A program made the translations under genes and the position numbers. From assembly GCA_964016885.1 (NCBI GenBank), contig OZ024746.1, forward strand, positions 23,374,001-23,438,000: a stretch of DNA of 64,000 nt, written 5' to 3'. Positions 14,551 through 28,584 of the stretch are shown here, piece by piece (the first letter of the stretch is position 1; every line of letters begins with the position of its first letter). A model generated the notes under the pieces. The model saw nothing but the letters and a program-made list of their open reading frames with translations, did not search any database and was not told the DNA's origin. This stretch comes from Eledone cirrhosa. Lineage: Eukaryota.

Positions 14551-16599
14551 TTAATAAGCATGTTTTTAATAAAAGTCATTGCCTATTACTTTTACAACAA
14601 TCATGAATTTGTAGGGATTTACTAAACTAACTTTTGTATTAAGTTGGTGTTTGGAATGTAACAAAGGTTCTTACATAAAATTGATAAAAGGGTGTTAAAT
14701 ATATTTTAAAACTAGCAACTCTGTACCATAGAATCAAGGTTGGCTTAGTACCAACAGAGTTAACAAATGGAAATTAATGACTGCAGGAAAAACACTGCCC
14801 CAGAAATGAAAGCAATATTCCCTTGTGGGTTTTAAATGAGCTTTATATCTAAAGTAATTTATAGATAATCATTCTTATGAATTTTAATTTAAGCAATCAA
14901 ATGAATCTCAATTCCCTTATGCTAGAATGAAATTCAATATGATAAAAATTCTATTTAACCCTTTTGATATCAAACTGCCGAAAACCATCCCTGGTTTCAC
15001 CATACAAAACTGTTTTAATGTATTCATGTTTAAAAATCGTAATTCTATAATTTAATGAAAAAAAAACTTTAAATTATTTTCCAAACAGCAGCCTAATAAT
15101 GGAGAAAGTTATTTTACTAAATGCCACCAAGTTCTTATTTTCAAAATTAATTGAAAAATCATAGGTAGTGTCTTTTATTAGAAATATGTTAATGAAAGGC
15201 TTAAAGATTGTTGATAATGTGTTTCAGGTTTACTGGTGAAATCTACAAGTTACTTACATAAAATTTTCAAGACCATATTTATGACATTTAGATAATTATA
15301 TAGAGTGTAACATCTGAGAGTTAGGTTTATCGCATATAGACATGAATACATTAATAATAATTGTTTGATCATGAATGAAAAACAAAACCTTCCACTATAA
15401 AAAAAGAAACAAAGAAATTTCAATTCTATTTGTCTAAGGACAAACCAAATACAGAAGTATATTTAAATAGCCAAGAAATACTTGGGCAGGGGTGGTAAAA
15501 TCCAGCCATAAGAAACTACACATTACAAAGGAGATAAAAGAAAACAACACAAAGAGATTCTGTACTGGAGAAGACTTGTTTGACCCATGCAAGCATGGAA
15601 GAACAGATGTAAAATGATGATCACCAGCTTTCATTTTTGCAGGTAGAGACAACATTGTAAAGAATGACATGGAATTTTATGAGTTGTTAAAATATACAAG
15701 TCATCAGATTTGACTAAGAGAATCATCATCATCATCATCAAGCCAAATGAGTTTTTTTTTCTAATTCATGATTTAAAGAAATGCTCATATGAACAAATTA
15801 AATAGAAAAAGAAATGACAATTGTGAAAACTGAGAAACACAATAGATACATTTTTTTGGCATTAAATCCAAATCTGTAATTATGAGTTTCTAATTAAAGT
15901 CTTCTAATTATTTGATGACTAATAATAATTAAAGCAAAAGAGATTAGATTCTGCTGACTGGTGAAATATCTCGGTACTATTTCCTTTTTAATACAAGATA
16001 TAACTTTCATCATTAACTACTTACTTTAACCCTTTGGTGACCATATTCCTAATGAGATATATTATTTTGAAAATGTATTTGAAGAAATTAATATAACTTT
16101 CTCATCAAGCTGGCGTTTGAAGCAATAACAAAGGGTTTTTACATAAAATTATGGAAGGTTTTTAGATAAATATAAACACTTTAAAATAATCAGATTTGTA
16201 ATGTAGAACCAGAAGTGATTAGCATTAGAAGGGTTAAAACTCAGATCATGTGCAAGGAAATTTTAGTTCTTATATTAGCACAACTATTTAGTCTCCTTGA
16301 AGATATTGGACAAATCCAGATTTTAAAAAATGCTGGTGTCATTGAATTTTCTTGACACTGAATTTAGTTTCAACCTTTTTATTCCACTTTTATATAACTT
16401 TTGCTCTCTTCTATTTCTTTGGTTGTACCCACCTTTTTGTCAAAAAAAAAAAAGGTCACCTATCTAATTGATTAAAAGTTAACCAAAATTTGAGGCCATA
16501 AACAACCACTACATTTATTTTGAGTAAGAAAGGAAAAGAAAATCTAATGAGTAGCTGCTCTTGAAATAAGAACATGATTAACAGAGGATTTTAAATAAG

Positions 16600-18600
16600 A
16601 TTATATCCATTATGGAGAAAGTTATTTCGATCAGACAGATGTGTAAGAAAAGAAACTACTGGAGTAGAAATAGAAACTTACAAGGGGACACTGACAGTGA
16701 AAGGATGAGAATAAGTTGAAAGATGAGTCACATACTAGCAACCTTAAGAGAAAGAACAAGTGAAGAAAGTTTAATAGAACAATGACCATGGAAGTATTTG
16801 TATGATAAAGATAATAATAGAGCTATGTCCCAGTATATAAACCATGGTTGAAATTTAGCTACCAAATCTGGATCAGCCAAACCCGACTGAATTAGATAAA
16901 GGAGCAAAAGAGCACCAACAGAGATGTGACAAGTGTTCCACACAAGTGAGTTATAAAAATGAAGAATACATTCAGAGCAAAGATAATAAACACACTTAAA
17001 ACCTTCACCAGATTTTCTCATGAACTCTCCACCGAAAATATGGAAAAAAAAAACTATTAGTGACCTACTAGGTTGTATCTCATGGGAGGTTTCTTGAGAG
17101 TTTTAATGATAGAAGTTCCAGTCCAATCATGAAAAGCAAAGTGAAATGAAGTATCTTGCTCAAAAAGACAATGCACTATCTGGTTCAGGAATCAAACCAA
17201 CTTTATGATCATTAATACAACACCATAACCCATAGGCCATGTGTCTTCATGCCTAGAATATAACCCACCATCTCTGTAAGGATTCTTTAGCTGTGTCAAA
17301 TGCATGATAACCTCTATAGTATTCATGAAACAATAAAACACACCCAATACTCTAAAGTATTTAATCATAGAAAACTTGCCAAACAAAGGTAAATACATGA
17401 CAACGTCCTAATGCTGATGCCATGATAAAATGGGCAGTGCACTCTAAAGTGTGGAAATGTGTGTAAGCAAGATGCAGAAAAAAAAAACAGAGGTTAGAAT
17501 GAATCACTAATGAATATTGTAAACAATAATTCTAAAGTAGATAAATAGTTGAAACAGAGCTGCAGTTAATTAGGAGGTAAAAATAAAACAGATATTTGTT
17601 TTTACAGTATATCTATGGGTCAGAGGTTAGAGTGCGTTGGAGAGTGATCTGATGCCTTTCTCTGAATGTAGTCCAGAATGTCTGTGTAGCAGCAAGCCAT
17701 CCCAGATGTGTGAGCAATACTACATCGTAAGTTCTACCTGTGCTCTTGGGAGCCTAAAGTATTTTCTGGACTTGGAGAGAAAGATCAATCTCTGAAATGC
17801 AATATTTTGCTGTTATCATGAGAAATATCCAGTGATAGTGAAGCATGACATTTGAAGTGATTGTGAGAGCTCTAGTTGCATGCAGTTATAATTGTTTAAG
17901 CAGGTTGAAAGATGATGTTTACTTGATATGTGCAATGTTTTGGTTTGTTAAAGGTGACAGGACTGGCATACTCCATTGGAGGATTGTTTTCAAGATCTCC
18001 AATAATGGACACAGTGCTGATATTTAGCACAAGGTTGTCCTGGTTGTATGCGGATGTTTGATGCAGATGGTTATGATAAAATGAAGGGTGGTATCTGGTT
18101 TTACTAAAGTCATAGTAGTGGTTATTAAGAGGGAGAAAGAGATCCAATGTGTTAAGATATTCATGGCTTTCTCCTTTCAGTGCAATAGGACAACAATTGG
18201 CATGGTCGAATGGGTTGTGAATTGGACATGCATATATCCTTGGAGAGAGAGAGAGATGGAAGAGTTTGGTGAGCATTGGATTTAGCTCTGGGGCATCCTG
18301 CTTGAAATAAATGGAAAGAATAATTTCAAGTGTCATTGCCTTGTTTGTTTAAAGGGATTAGAAGTACTTGTACATTTGGCACGGTGGTGGTGATTGGTGG
18401 AATAGAATGGAAAAGGACGGAAGTTTTCTCTGCAGGAGGACAGCCCACAGAACCATCATGCTTGAAAAATGAAAGAAAGAATGACTCTGCATTCAGCAAA
18501 GCTGGATGAGATCCTTTTGGCAAGGACCATAAAGATCAGCTAGAGGTTGGGAGGCAAGAGAGCTTGTGGACTATGTATGCTATGTATAGAGGCTAACTGA
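16600..18600 (-). mobile_element. Degenerate CR1/Jockey-type LINE ORF2, interrupted by SINEs
   Basis: ORF fragments KQDAPELNPMLTKLFHLSL...PFDHANCCPIAL (RT start) and LSLSYKYFHGHCSIKLSSL (C-terminal region) are in collinear order. Confidence 0.7.
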
Positions 18601-20435
18601 GCTTTTGTTGTGTGTGGAATGTGAGTGGGTTCAGACACCTAGAGTAGTTTCTGGTGGATCAATGGTAGAGTAAATGTGTTGTCAGGTATAGTTAACAGAG
18701 CTCCTTCTAATCAACTGACTTAGCATCATAGGGACTGAGAAGTGAGGGGCAATGTGGATGTATGATGAGTGCTTGTGATAAGGGAGCAGTCAGACAATCC
18801 AATAAGTGCACAAAGTTGTAGTCTGACAGTTATTGAGTTAGAAGTGAGAAAGAGATTAAGGGTGTTTGGAGTGTCTGTAACTGTCAAGAATATAGGGGAT
18901 GAAACTAGTTAATATTGAGTGTTGGTATTCGTAAAATATTCAGTTTTTACACTGGTGGTATCAGTATAGGATAAATGTGAAAGTAAAAGTTTATAAGTGC
19001 AGAAATAGATATGGTCAGAGTTGGTGGTAGTTGTAGTAGTTTGGAACATAGTAGAGGAAACATGTATATGGAGAAAGAAAGTTTGAGAGTGGCTGGAAAT
19101 CTTGGTTGTTGATATCCAAGTCAGTAGAGTGAATGGCAAGGAGAGTGGAATCTACATATGTATAGACAACACGAGTATAGAATGTAACTTAGACAAAGAA
19201 ATACTATAGATGAAGGTTGAGAGATTTGTTTTGGAAAGGTATATATGTGGTGGGTTTTCATATTTAAGAAAATGAAATGAGCGCAAACTATTTCAACACT
19301 AGAAGAAACATTTTTTAATCATAGACAGGAAAAGATTTCATTAAATCAGAATCTTAACTCAAAACAATAAGCATAATTTTATTTTTTAAATTTCAGCTTC
19401 CATCTCAAAACATGGACAAATGAAGGACACTATGCAATAGTTTAGCCTGCTAAAAATAACCAAATTTCCCTTAAACCACAACCCTCTTCTATAAAGGACA
19501 TATTTTTCAATGAAGGAGCAGACATGACAGTGGTTATGAAATTTGCATCGATATCATGAGCTTCTGGGTTTGATCTCACAGCATCGCATCTTGGGCAAGT
19601 ATTTTATCATAACCTTGAGTTAACCCAAGGCTTGTGAGGAGTTGCTTGGAAGCCCATCAGATTGTCTGTATCTGTAATTTAAGGGTACACTGCCTTGTCA
19701 CATACTTCATCACATTGATTCAGCTTGTGAATATGTTAAAAGTACACAAGTCTGTGGAATACTCAATCACTTACATGTTAATTCACGGGACCAACAGAAA
19801 ATCCTTCATCTGATATAGAAATAGACTGGTTAATCATTTAGTAAAACGGAAATTTCACGTAGTCTAAAACATCTCTTAACCATTATATATTACTTATTTC
19901 ACAACAAAATCATGTTTATTCTATGTGAAATATTTAACATTACTTCTATATTTGGTTAGCAACGACAAAATGCATTCTGTAGACTAGCTGGTGTTAGGAA
20001 GAGCATCCAGCTGTAGAAACTGTGCCAAACAAAGGGTTGAAAAGACTACGGTTGTGTCAAGGACATGACAACCTCACTAGTGCTGGTGCCAGATAAAATG
20101 CACCCAGTACATTTTATAGATTGGCTGGCATGAAGCAACCAAAACCTGGACGTATTTAAGTGAGATGTGGCCCTCGGCATCCCCGATAACAGCAACTTCA
20201 ATTAAATACTTTGTCTACCGGTCTAACACAAGTCAACATGGAAATATAGACGTTATATGATGATGACTGGGGTTTTATCAAATCAACGATTAAACTATTT
20301 CTCTACAATATAAGCATGCATCTATCAGATTTAAACAACATACATAAATATAAGCACCACTTTAGAAAATTATCTACTAATATATCACAGGCAATTTATT
20401 TACAATCTGAACTTTAAAAGAAGATTAGAACTCAC

Positions 20436-20700
20436 GGCATAACGATATCAAGAGTTTCAACAATCGGACTTTGAAACTTTTGGGAAACTAAATGAGGATA
20501 AAGCAAAAAACATCGGGCTTGAGAACCATTCTTTAACCTACGTCGGAGATTTAAAATATAAATAAAACGCCGCGCGTAGATTTCGAAGTAGTTCTGCAGG
20601 TCACTCATGGTTATGAAATATTCCAAAATTTACGTTATATGTAATTAGCTATAATTTGGAGACGCCAATGGTTAAGAAGTAGAGCGTCATTGTTCGGGGA
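20436..20700 (-). promoter_or_regulatory. CpG-rich candidate alternative promoter / first exon
   Basis: Local CpG cluster (CGCCGCGCG) in a CpG-poor background; donor GCC|GTGAGT at 20436/20435. Confidence 0.35.
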
Positions 20701-21713
20701 AAATTTAGATGTAGTTTCCTGATAAACGAGAAAGATAGTCTCCTTGACTTTCATCCATTAGACTACATACACAAACTGGTCGTTAAAAACTTAACTGATA
20801 GCAAACTGTTCGAGAAAAATTGGAATAGTTCCTACACAAGTTGGTACAGGTTGTGTAATTTTGGCGAAAAAAAAAAACATCAGTAGAGAGTGTATTACGT
20901 TTCAAGTATATCGACATTATAAATAAATTTTAGTTTTAAACCAATACTTGCCTAGTGAACTAAGTTTTATATCAAACCTTTGAATATATAATAAACTCTT
21001 TTTAACTATATATTCTTTGTTTAACCTATAAACATCCGGTAACAGATAGGGTTTTTTTATTTTATTTATTCATAATTTACAGTGCTCTATTTCTCAAAGG
21101 GCGGTAAATAATGTCCCCCAAATAAGTTAACTAAGTATTTACTTAAAAGTTTAAAAAAAATAAATTTCAACATCAATTTCAGCAAATATACACTCAGATT
21201 CGGATTAATAAACAAGTTTTTATCTTCTAAATTAAAACTATAGGTAAAAAATAAACAGTAAAAACCTTTTATATATATAATATATATATATATATGCGTG
21301 TGTGTAACACATACACACACACATTGAATATGTGCGAGTATGAAAGTGAGCACATGAGAATGTGTGTTAAAGGGAGTTAATTAGGTAGGTGCAATGAAGG
21401 TAAGCTATCTTTAGAACTGGTTTCCTCTCAGCTCCATGTCTTTAACTCCGATTGCAGTCAGAACAGGGATGGTGAGGAGGAAGGTGATAGAATTGGGCAA
21501 ATCAAAAATAATACCAGTCATCTACTCCAATAGCAAAATTCGATGCATCATAAATATCTAAAGTTAGAAAAGGTTATACGTACATACAAATCAACAGGAG
21601 GTAATCAGGGAATATTGTAAAGTACGTGTTTAGGGAGGGGGGGGGGGGATTTAAATAATATATAAATATATATTTTTTTTTAATGGTATACAAGTTTGAA
21701 ACGACTTTCTCAC

Positions 21714-21927
21714 CTTATTCCACAAGGTTCTACTCCTGATGGTGTCTGCATATACAAACAACAATCAGATAACGACAACAGGATGCTCTCTGGCTTGCCT
21801 CCTCCTCCTCTTTTACATAAAAGTGACGAATCAGTTTTTTTAAACGTTTTCCACTTTTTATTTATATATATATATTTAGAAATTGAAGCAGATTTTTGTT
21901 TACAAATATATATTAATCTGTTATCAC
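21714..21927 (-). other. Candidate 5'-UTR exon (214 nt)
   Basis: Acceptor ATTTCAG|GTGATA at 21928/21927; consensus donor AAG|GTGAGA at 21714/21713; non-repetitive sequence. Confidence 0.45.
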
Positions 21928-23091
21928 CTGAAATATATATTTAAAATATTTTTAGAAGTCATTCCACTTAAAGTATTTATTTTATTTCTCCCATATCACT
22001 AATTCCAGTAAATGCCATTTTCTCTCTCCCTATACACAGTATATATATTCAAATACCAAGCATGAAGCAGTACAGATAAAAGTTTAGAGAATACTAATGA
22101 CCCTATCGTATTATAGAAACATTAGACGACTAGCTTTTGTCCTTTTTCTTTTTATAGTTTTATATTAACCCGAATCAGAAAACCCAACAAAAACAATATA
22201 ATATATAAATTTAACCAGAGCAAAAATAAGAATTAAAATCAAAAGCGATTACATATTAAAAATAACGGTCTGGACCAATCATGATACATTATGTTGGGAT
22301 AGAAAAAATATTGTTGGGAATGATTATTGAGGCAGATAGAGTTGCTTTTAAAGTACGCTTACTGGTGAATAACACACACGTATATACAAACATAACACAC
22401 ACGTATATACAAACATACCACACAATATATATATATATATATATATATACAAGTTTGGGGTACAAACGAGAGAAAAGAGCAATCAACACAATGTTAATCG
22501 CATTTGAAAGAGCTGACTGTATTTACGGTCACGAAACCGTTTGGTAATGTAAAAATAAGTCATACTGTTAATATGAATATATGTATGTGTGCGTATATAT
22601 ATATATATATACACATACATATATATATATACATATACACATATATATATATATATATATATTAGTGCTATAAAGACGCGATGTTATGATGTAATTCTAA
22701 TCCTAACCCAGTAGCAGTTAGAGAGGAAGTCGTGATAATAGAACACACCATACTCTTAAAATCTATTGATAGATTGCTGTCGGGATATTTTTTTTCATCT
22801 TTTTAGTTGTTTTGTTAAATCAACCTGTAATTCTAAATATATTTAAATATAACCAACAGAAAAAAAAAAAACTGTCGACATTATTTTCAGTATAAATCAA
22901 TTTTTGTTTTTTTTACTGTGGTTATTTCAACTGAAAACTGAATGTTAATGAATGTATAAACCATATTAACTTGCGCAAAGAATCACATTTTTTACTGTTT
23001 CAGCTATCGTTACTATACTTATTCCCCCCTCCTTTTAGGGTTTACCCAGAACATTTCAAATACAAAAGACATTTATTTTAGAACTACTTAC

Positions 23092-23830
23092 TTTGTTTTT
23101 AAAAAAGGGGAGAAACAAAGACTAGTTGGAGATAGAAAAAAACTTGTTCCGTATCGCGTATAATTAAGGCTTCTTTCTACAATAATAGTCTCTTGTTTAT
23201 CAATCCGGTCCAACGTATGTATATCGGTTTGTGTATACATAGAAGTGAGTGTATATATATGTATGTGTTATGTGTGCAAAAGCGTAAATACTGAGATAGA
23301 AAGAAAAAAAACGGGGGTGGTTGATATTAGAGTTTTTAGGTGAATGTGTCGTTATCTTGCACAGTTATCATAAAAACAAGGTACTCGTTTGATTAAAACA
23401 GAAACACTTCTACATACTATATATATTGAAGTTGTAAGTTATCGCTATTTATATCGAATATTGACGATATACATTGGTTTTTCCTTTCGCTCTGTAATGT
23501 TTTAAAGCGTATCTACTTTGTTGTTTTTCGAATCCGAAGTAGAAGGGAAAATGATGGATTGTCGGACGGACTTGCTCTTGCGTTTAAGGATGTAGTGTTG
23601 TATGTTTGTAGCTTATGTTTATATCCACGGCGAAGGAAGAATATCTCTTCCGAGATAATGTCGTTTCAGTAGTTTTTGTCGACGTCAAAAAATCTTAGAA
23701 GGGCGGTGCAGCAGTGATAGGTGAGGGTAAAGTTTCGGAGGTGACGGCTGTAGTAAGAGTAATATCTGCCATAACCGTCTCAACATGATAGCCACTGCGC
23801 ACGCTCCAACTGTAGTGAGCTGCAGAGAGG
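23092..23830 (-). other. Candidate non-coding first exon with short uORFs
   Basis: Unique CpG-rich sequence, donor AAA|GTAAGT at 23092/23091, uORFs MLRRLWQ..IF* and MADITL..PF*; the 5' boundary is a guess. Confidence 0.4.
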
Positions 23831-24470
23831 GTGGGGGGAGAAGACGAAGATAAGTCGGAGGAGTGTCTGAGAAGAGAGGTACTAAGAACAGAAAGAGAAG
23901 AGAATGACGGCCGAGAAGTAGTAAAAACAGAGAGAGAGGGAAAGAAGACTAAGAAATACTAAAAGCAAAGAAGAGAGGGGGAGAAATCGACGATTGGTCG
24001 GAGGAGTGTCTGAGAAGAGAAGTACTAAGAAGGGACAGAGGGGGAGAGAAGGAACGCAGAAATCTAGAATGAGATATGAAAAGGAACTAATAAACATAGA
24101 GAGGGGAAGAAAAAAGAAAAGGGGGAAAGAAAATTTAGGATAAATACGCATAAAGAAGTACGTAGGCTTTCCGAGTCAGTGATAGAACTGAAGGTGATCG
24201 GGTGATAAATACATACTTTCTGTTTCTGAATATAGAAAATATAAAATATGAATTGGTGAAAAAGAAAAAAAAAATCTATATATATATATATATGAAGAAA
24301 TGAGAACAGAAAATAAACTGAAATAATTGACATTAAGAAGAAAAAGAAGTGCCGCCACCCCCTCACCCCCCTTTTAATCAGAATGATGTCATCATTGACC
24401 AATCAAATGACTCCATTCTAACATTCTGCTTTCTCTTTGGTAAATACAAATATACACGTTACGTCTTAGA
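23680..24470 (-). promoter_or_regulatory. CpG-island-like promoter
   Basis: Transposon-free, high CpG, GA-rich tract, CCAAT motifs (ATTGG ~23993, CCAAT ~24399), CRE-like TGACGTC ~23681-23687, TGCGCACGC ~23796, 35-bp direct repeat. Confidence 0.55.
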
Positions 24471-25106
24471 AAATATTTCCATTTACTATTAAAATACTTC
24501 ACATCAAAACCTCTTCTGACACTATTAATCAATGGGTACACTAAAATTTTTTTTTTCTTATTTTTTTATATTTTTGTAAACATATCGTAATTATTGTTCA
24601 GAATAAGATAAGACATATATACATATATAATTTTTTTTAAGGTGTGACAAGGATCGAAACCTGACGCATTTATTTTGAATCTCCGTTGTAAAAGAACGGA
24701 CGGCCTGTCTGTATTGTTAATATTATATCATTTTCTGTCGTTATTTTTAGGTGTCATTTGAGAAGGAACTTTAGCGTTTCGTTATTGCTAATTAATAATT
24801 CCAGTTCCGTCATATCTATCAACTATTTATTACAACACTCCCACATTAATAACTCCATCTGTCATTATTCAAAACTTTTAGAATTTAACGCTCCTCTAAG
24901 CATGATTGTCTTAGCAATATAGGTCCCCACCATGCGGGCAAAGCACTTGGTCCCTTACATAAACTACTAGCATTGGGGCCTAGATCCTATGGGCCACTAG
25001 GCAAAGCAATGCACCGAAGATCCTAAGATCCTAAATATACAATCGCAGTATTTATAAATTAGCATTGGGACTCTAGGCCGGTGTTCCACTGGACAAAGCA
25101 AAATAC

Positions 25107-25224
25107 TGTGTGTGTGGGGGGGGGGGGGGGGAGATGCAATGCTAAAGTGTGTATGTAGAGTATATATATATATATATACCCTACATACACAGCAACAGCA
25201 TTGCACCCCCACCCCACATACACA
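25107..25224. repeat. Imperfect ~118-bp palindrome centred on (TA)n
   Basis: TGTGTGGGG..TGCAATGCT..TGTGTATGTAGAGTATA pairs with TATACCCTACATACACA..AGCATTGCA..CCCCACATACACA. Confidence 0.85.
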
Positions 25225-25941
25225 ATCCAGAGGAAACTGTCCGTGCTTGAAGACGGCATACATATATGCTGCAGCTAAACATACATACTATATCTAGACA
25301 TAGATACATACACACTGCATCAAGGCAAACATACATACACACTGCATCTTGTTATACATACGTATACACTGCACCTAGGCATACATACATATACACATAC
25401 TTCCTCTCGTGTAATTTCCGTCTCAAGGGAAATCCAACATTTTCTGTAAAAGTGCCAATAATACATTTATGATTCATTTACAAAACATCTAATCTAACTT
25501 ACGAAAGTAAAAATTTCATATTGTTTTCAATGTGTCATTACAATTTTTATAACTTTGTTTATAGATTCATCTCTCACCTTTTTTTAATGGTGTGTTATAT
25601 ATATATATATATGCCTATAAATATCGTTAAATGGCAAACCATAAATTTTATCTCTTGTACTTAAGCTTATAAACTATTCAATGTCACATCAGATGCATCT
25701 GGCTTCAGGTGGCTGCTGCTGTGTAAACACACCATGTCATATCACCTATCCCAAAATATATGTAAAAAATAATATGTATATATATATCTTACTGATATTA
25801 TTTCTGCAATAATGCATCGTTTACCTCTGAAGAATCAATCAAATTTTTGTGTCTATGTATGTGTGTGTTTTAATTTAAAAAAAACTTGATAAATAAAATA
25901 AATGCATTTATCATCATCATCATACACGCTTTAATGTTTAC

Positions 25942-26400
25942 CTTTTTTCTTTTAATGCCGTTGTGGGTTTTTTATATTGATTCTGTAGAATAGTCAACTT
26001 TTCAGTTACGAAAACTTTATCCTATCAGATATCCTGCAAGTATTACCAGTTAATTCTAACAACTCGATTTTAGCGTCTTCGTTGTGTTACATAATTCTTC
26101 ACTGATATGGAGTTTTCATAAGCCATTTTCGCCAATACTCCGCATCGAGTCTGTCGTCTCTAGCAATCAGTTCTTTGATGATTGATGATACCGACTCTAA
26201 TATATATATACATATATATATACGGTTGATACTTTAACTCATGTTCCGGTTCTACTTCCGCGGAACTTCAAATATAATCCCACTCCGGTACACTTCGTCA
26301 CATATTTAAAGGGTTCTTTAAACTTAGCTGTTACGGAGAACCAATGATGGAGCCTCTGCGTTTTCGTTCGACGTGCTCGACAGCGCCGTCAAATATTTCT
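25942..26400 (-). promoter_or_regulatory. Second CpG-rich promoter-like region / candidate upstream first exon
   Basis: ETS-like ACTTCCG and TTCCGG at ~26244-26260, CCAAT at 26341, YY1-like AAAATGGC on the minus strand ~26122-26129, donor AAG|GTAAAC at 25942/25941. Confidence 0.35.
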
Positions 26401-27254
26401 AAAGCCACACCCTATCTTCTTTAAAAAAAAAAAAAGGACTCGTTAGATTATGTTCTTTTTGCTTCCTTGAACATGGGATGCTCGATCGAGACTGACCTGG
26501 GGTTATACAACAACAATCTGCAGGTGTTTAACTTTCATTTATACTAGACGTCCTGGTGTGACAGGATGGAACAGCTACAAGTTTTTTTCTATTTCTAAAA
26601 TGTGTCTTTTTTTTTTCTTAAAGTAATAAATACCCCCTCCCACACATTATTTGTGTAGGTTGAATAAGTCTTCAAATATACGCTTTAGAAGGATGCGTTT
26701 CATAGTCGGACGTTCTTCAGTACTAATACGAAACTGGCAGCTAGTTTCCAGGTATATCTACACCAAAAGTCAACAGAATAAAATGACTTGCCCAAAGATA
26801 TGCCATCATAGTTGTATATAAAATTTTAAACGTTAGATGAGACAATCCTCACCTTATCGTTTTATCATTTGGTTTATTTTTGTTTTATTCACTTTTTCGT
26901 TGCATAAATATGAAAACTTTGTCCTATTACAAATATAGCTATGTCGTTAAAAAGTTTGCAACCATGTGGTGCTTGGTTTAGTCGCACTGCACGACACCTT
27001 GGGCAAGTGTTTTCTGCCATAGCCACGGGTTGACCAATATATTGTGGGTGGGATTTGGTTGATGAAAACTGCAGAAGCACATGTATGTATGTGCGTGTGT
27101 ATAAAAAATTAGATATTTGATATAATGTCATATATTGCTATAATTTTGACAAATTACTCAACATTAAGCATGCTTAGTCATGTTGTCCTAGACTTTGTAG
27201 TTTGGATATTTACATCTCAAATGATATCTAATATGGACCTGTTATTTTTCTCTC

Positions 27255-27440
27255 AAAACATTTTTTTCCAGTTCCACCCGCCCGTCCCTTCAATCCATCT
27301 AATTTCTCATTCTTTCTTCTGATGAATGACTAGCGTCCGAAACGTTGAGACCCTCTTCCTGCTATTTCAAGCATTAACCTAATATATTCCTTCCATATAC
27401 TGTACCGATTGTGTTATTTCTGTTTACCTTTTTCATACAT
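27255..27440 (+). mobile_element. Short interspersed repeat with minimal hammerhead motif (PLE-derived); second copy at 36305-36470
   Basis: TCTT-CTGATGA-ATGAC-TAGC-GTCC-GAAACGT-T-GAGA at 27315-27350; flanks are homologous to 36305-36470; ends in (CATA/TA)n. Confidence 0.7.
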
Positions 27441-28584
27441 ACATATATACACATCATCAACAGCAGCAGTACATTTAGTTTAGTTTAGTTTTCAACTAGC
27501 AATAACCACGCCTCGGATAACCCTCATTGGCTATGGTACTGCCTAACGTCCACCTTCTCTGTTAGCAAGGGTTGGATGAGTCTTCACAGACCAAGTCTGT
27601 ACTATAGTGGGACCACTGACATCCCTGACAGACTGGGGGTTTGCATCCCGTTTACATATAGTTCTGCATTTAACCAAGTGCATTTTATCATGGCACCAGC
27701 ACCACTTTTTCCATGCTGGCTTAGGTTTGTTGAGACTTTTGAGACTGTTTTACAGCTTGATGCCCTTCCTAACATCAACCATTTTAGTCGCCTCATACAA
27801 CTTGCAGGGACACAGTGTACCTATTCTAAAAGCTAGGATATATCGATGTAAATTCTATAAAACATTAAATGATTACTGAAGAAATGCTTAAATGCTAATA
27901 ATTGAATAATATTGATTTATTTTTACTAAGCCATCAGGGTGAGGGTGAGCAAAGTGGCTTGGGTATATCCCAATAATATTTGAATTAATTTTCTTGATCC
28001 CTGAGGGATGGAGAACAAAGTTGACATTGAGCTCAGAATAATATGAGATGAAACTAAAAAGGTATTAAAATTGGCAAATTTGAATTCGCTGAAGAAGGGC
28101 TCAGTCTCAAGTGTTAAAAATTAAGCTACTCACAGCATACAAACTTATCCTGATTTGTAAATTGTATTAACTTATAGTTATGACAGACCATCACTTTTAA
28201 TCAACAAATTAGTAGAATTGTTAGAACATCAAACAAAATGCCTTGTGGTATTTTTTCTAGTTCTAAGTTCAAATCCAGCCATGACTACTTGGGTGGTAAC
28301 TGTCATTTGTCCCCTAGCTTAACACCACCACATCATCCTTTAGTGGAGATTATTGAATTGCAAACATTCTAACCAGGTCTCCAGTTTGAGGATATCTTCC
28401 TCCCTCCCTCTTACCAGTCTCAGAAGTCTTAAAAAAGGGACATAGGTTAAATCATTTGATCCTGCATCCTACCCATTCTGCTATTCCTTTTCATAAATAA
28501 AAGGTATTTAAGAAGAATTAATCTAAACATTTTCTTCTCTAACCAATAATTACTGTACACTTGCATGTAAAATATCTAAGGTAT

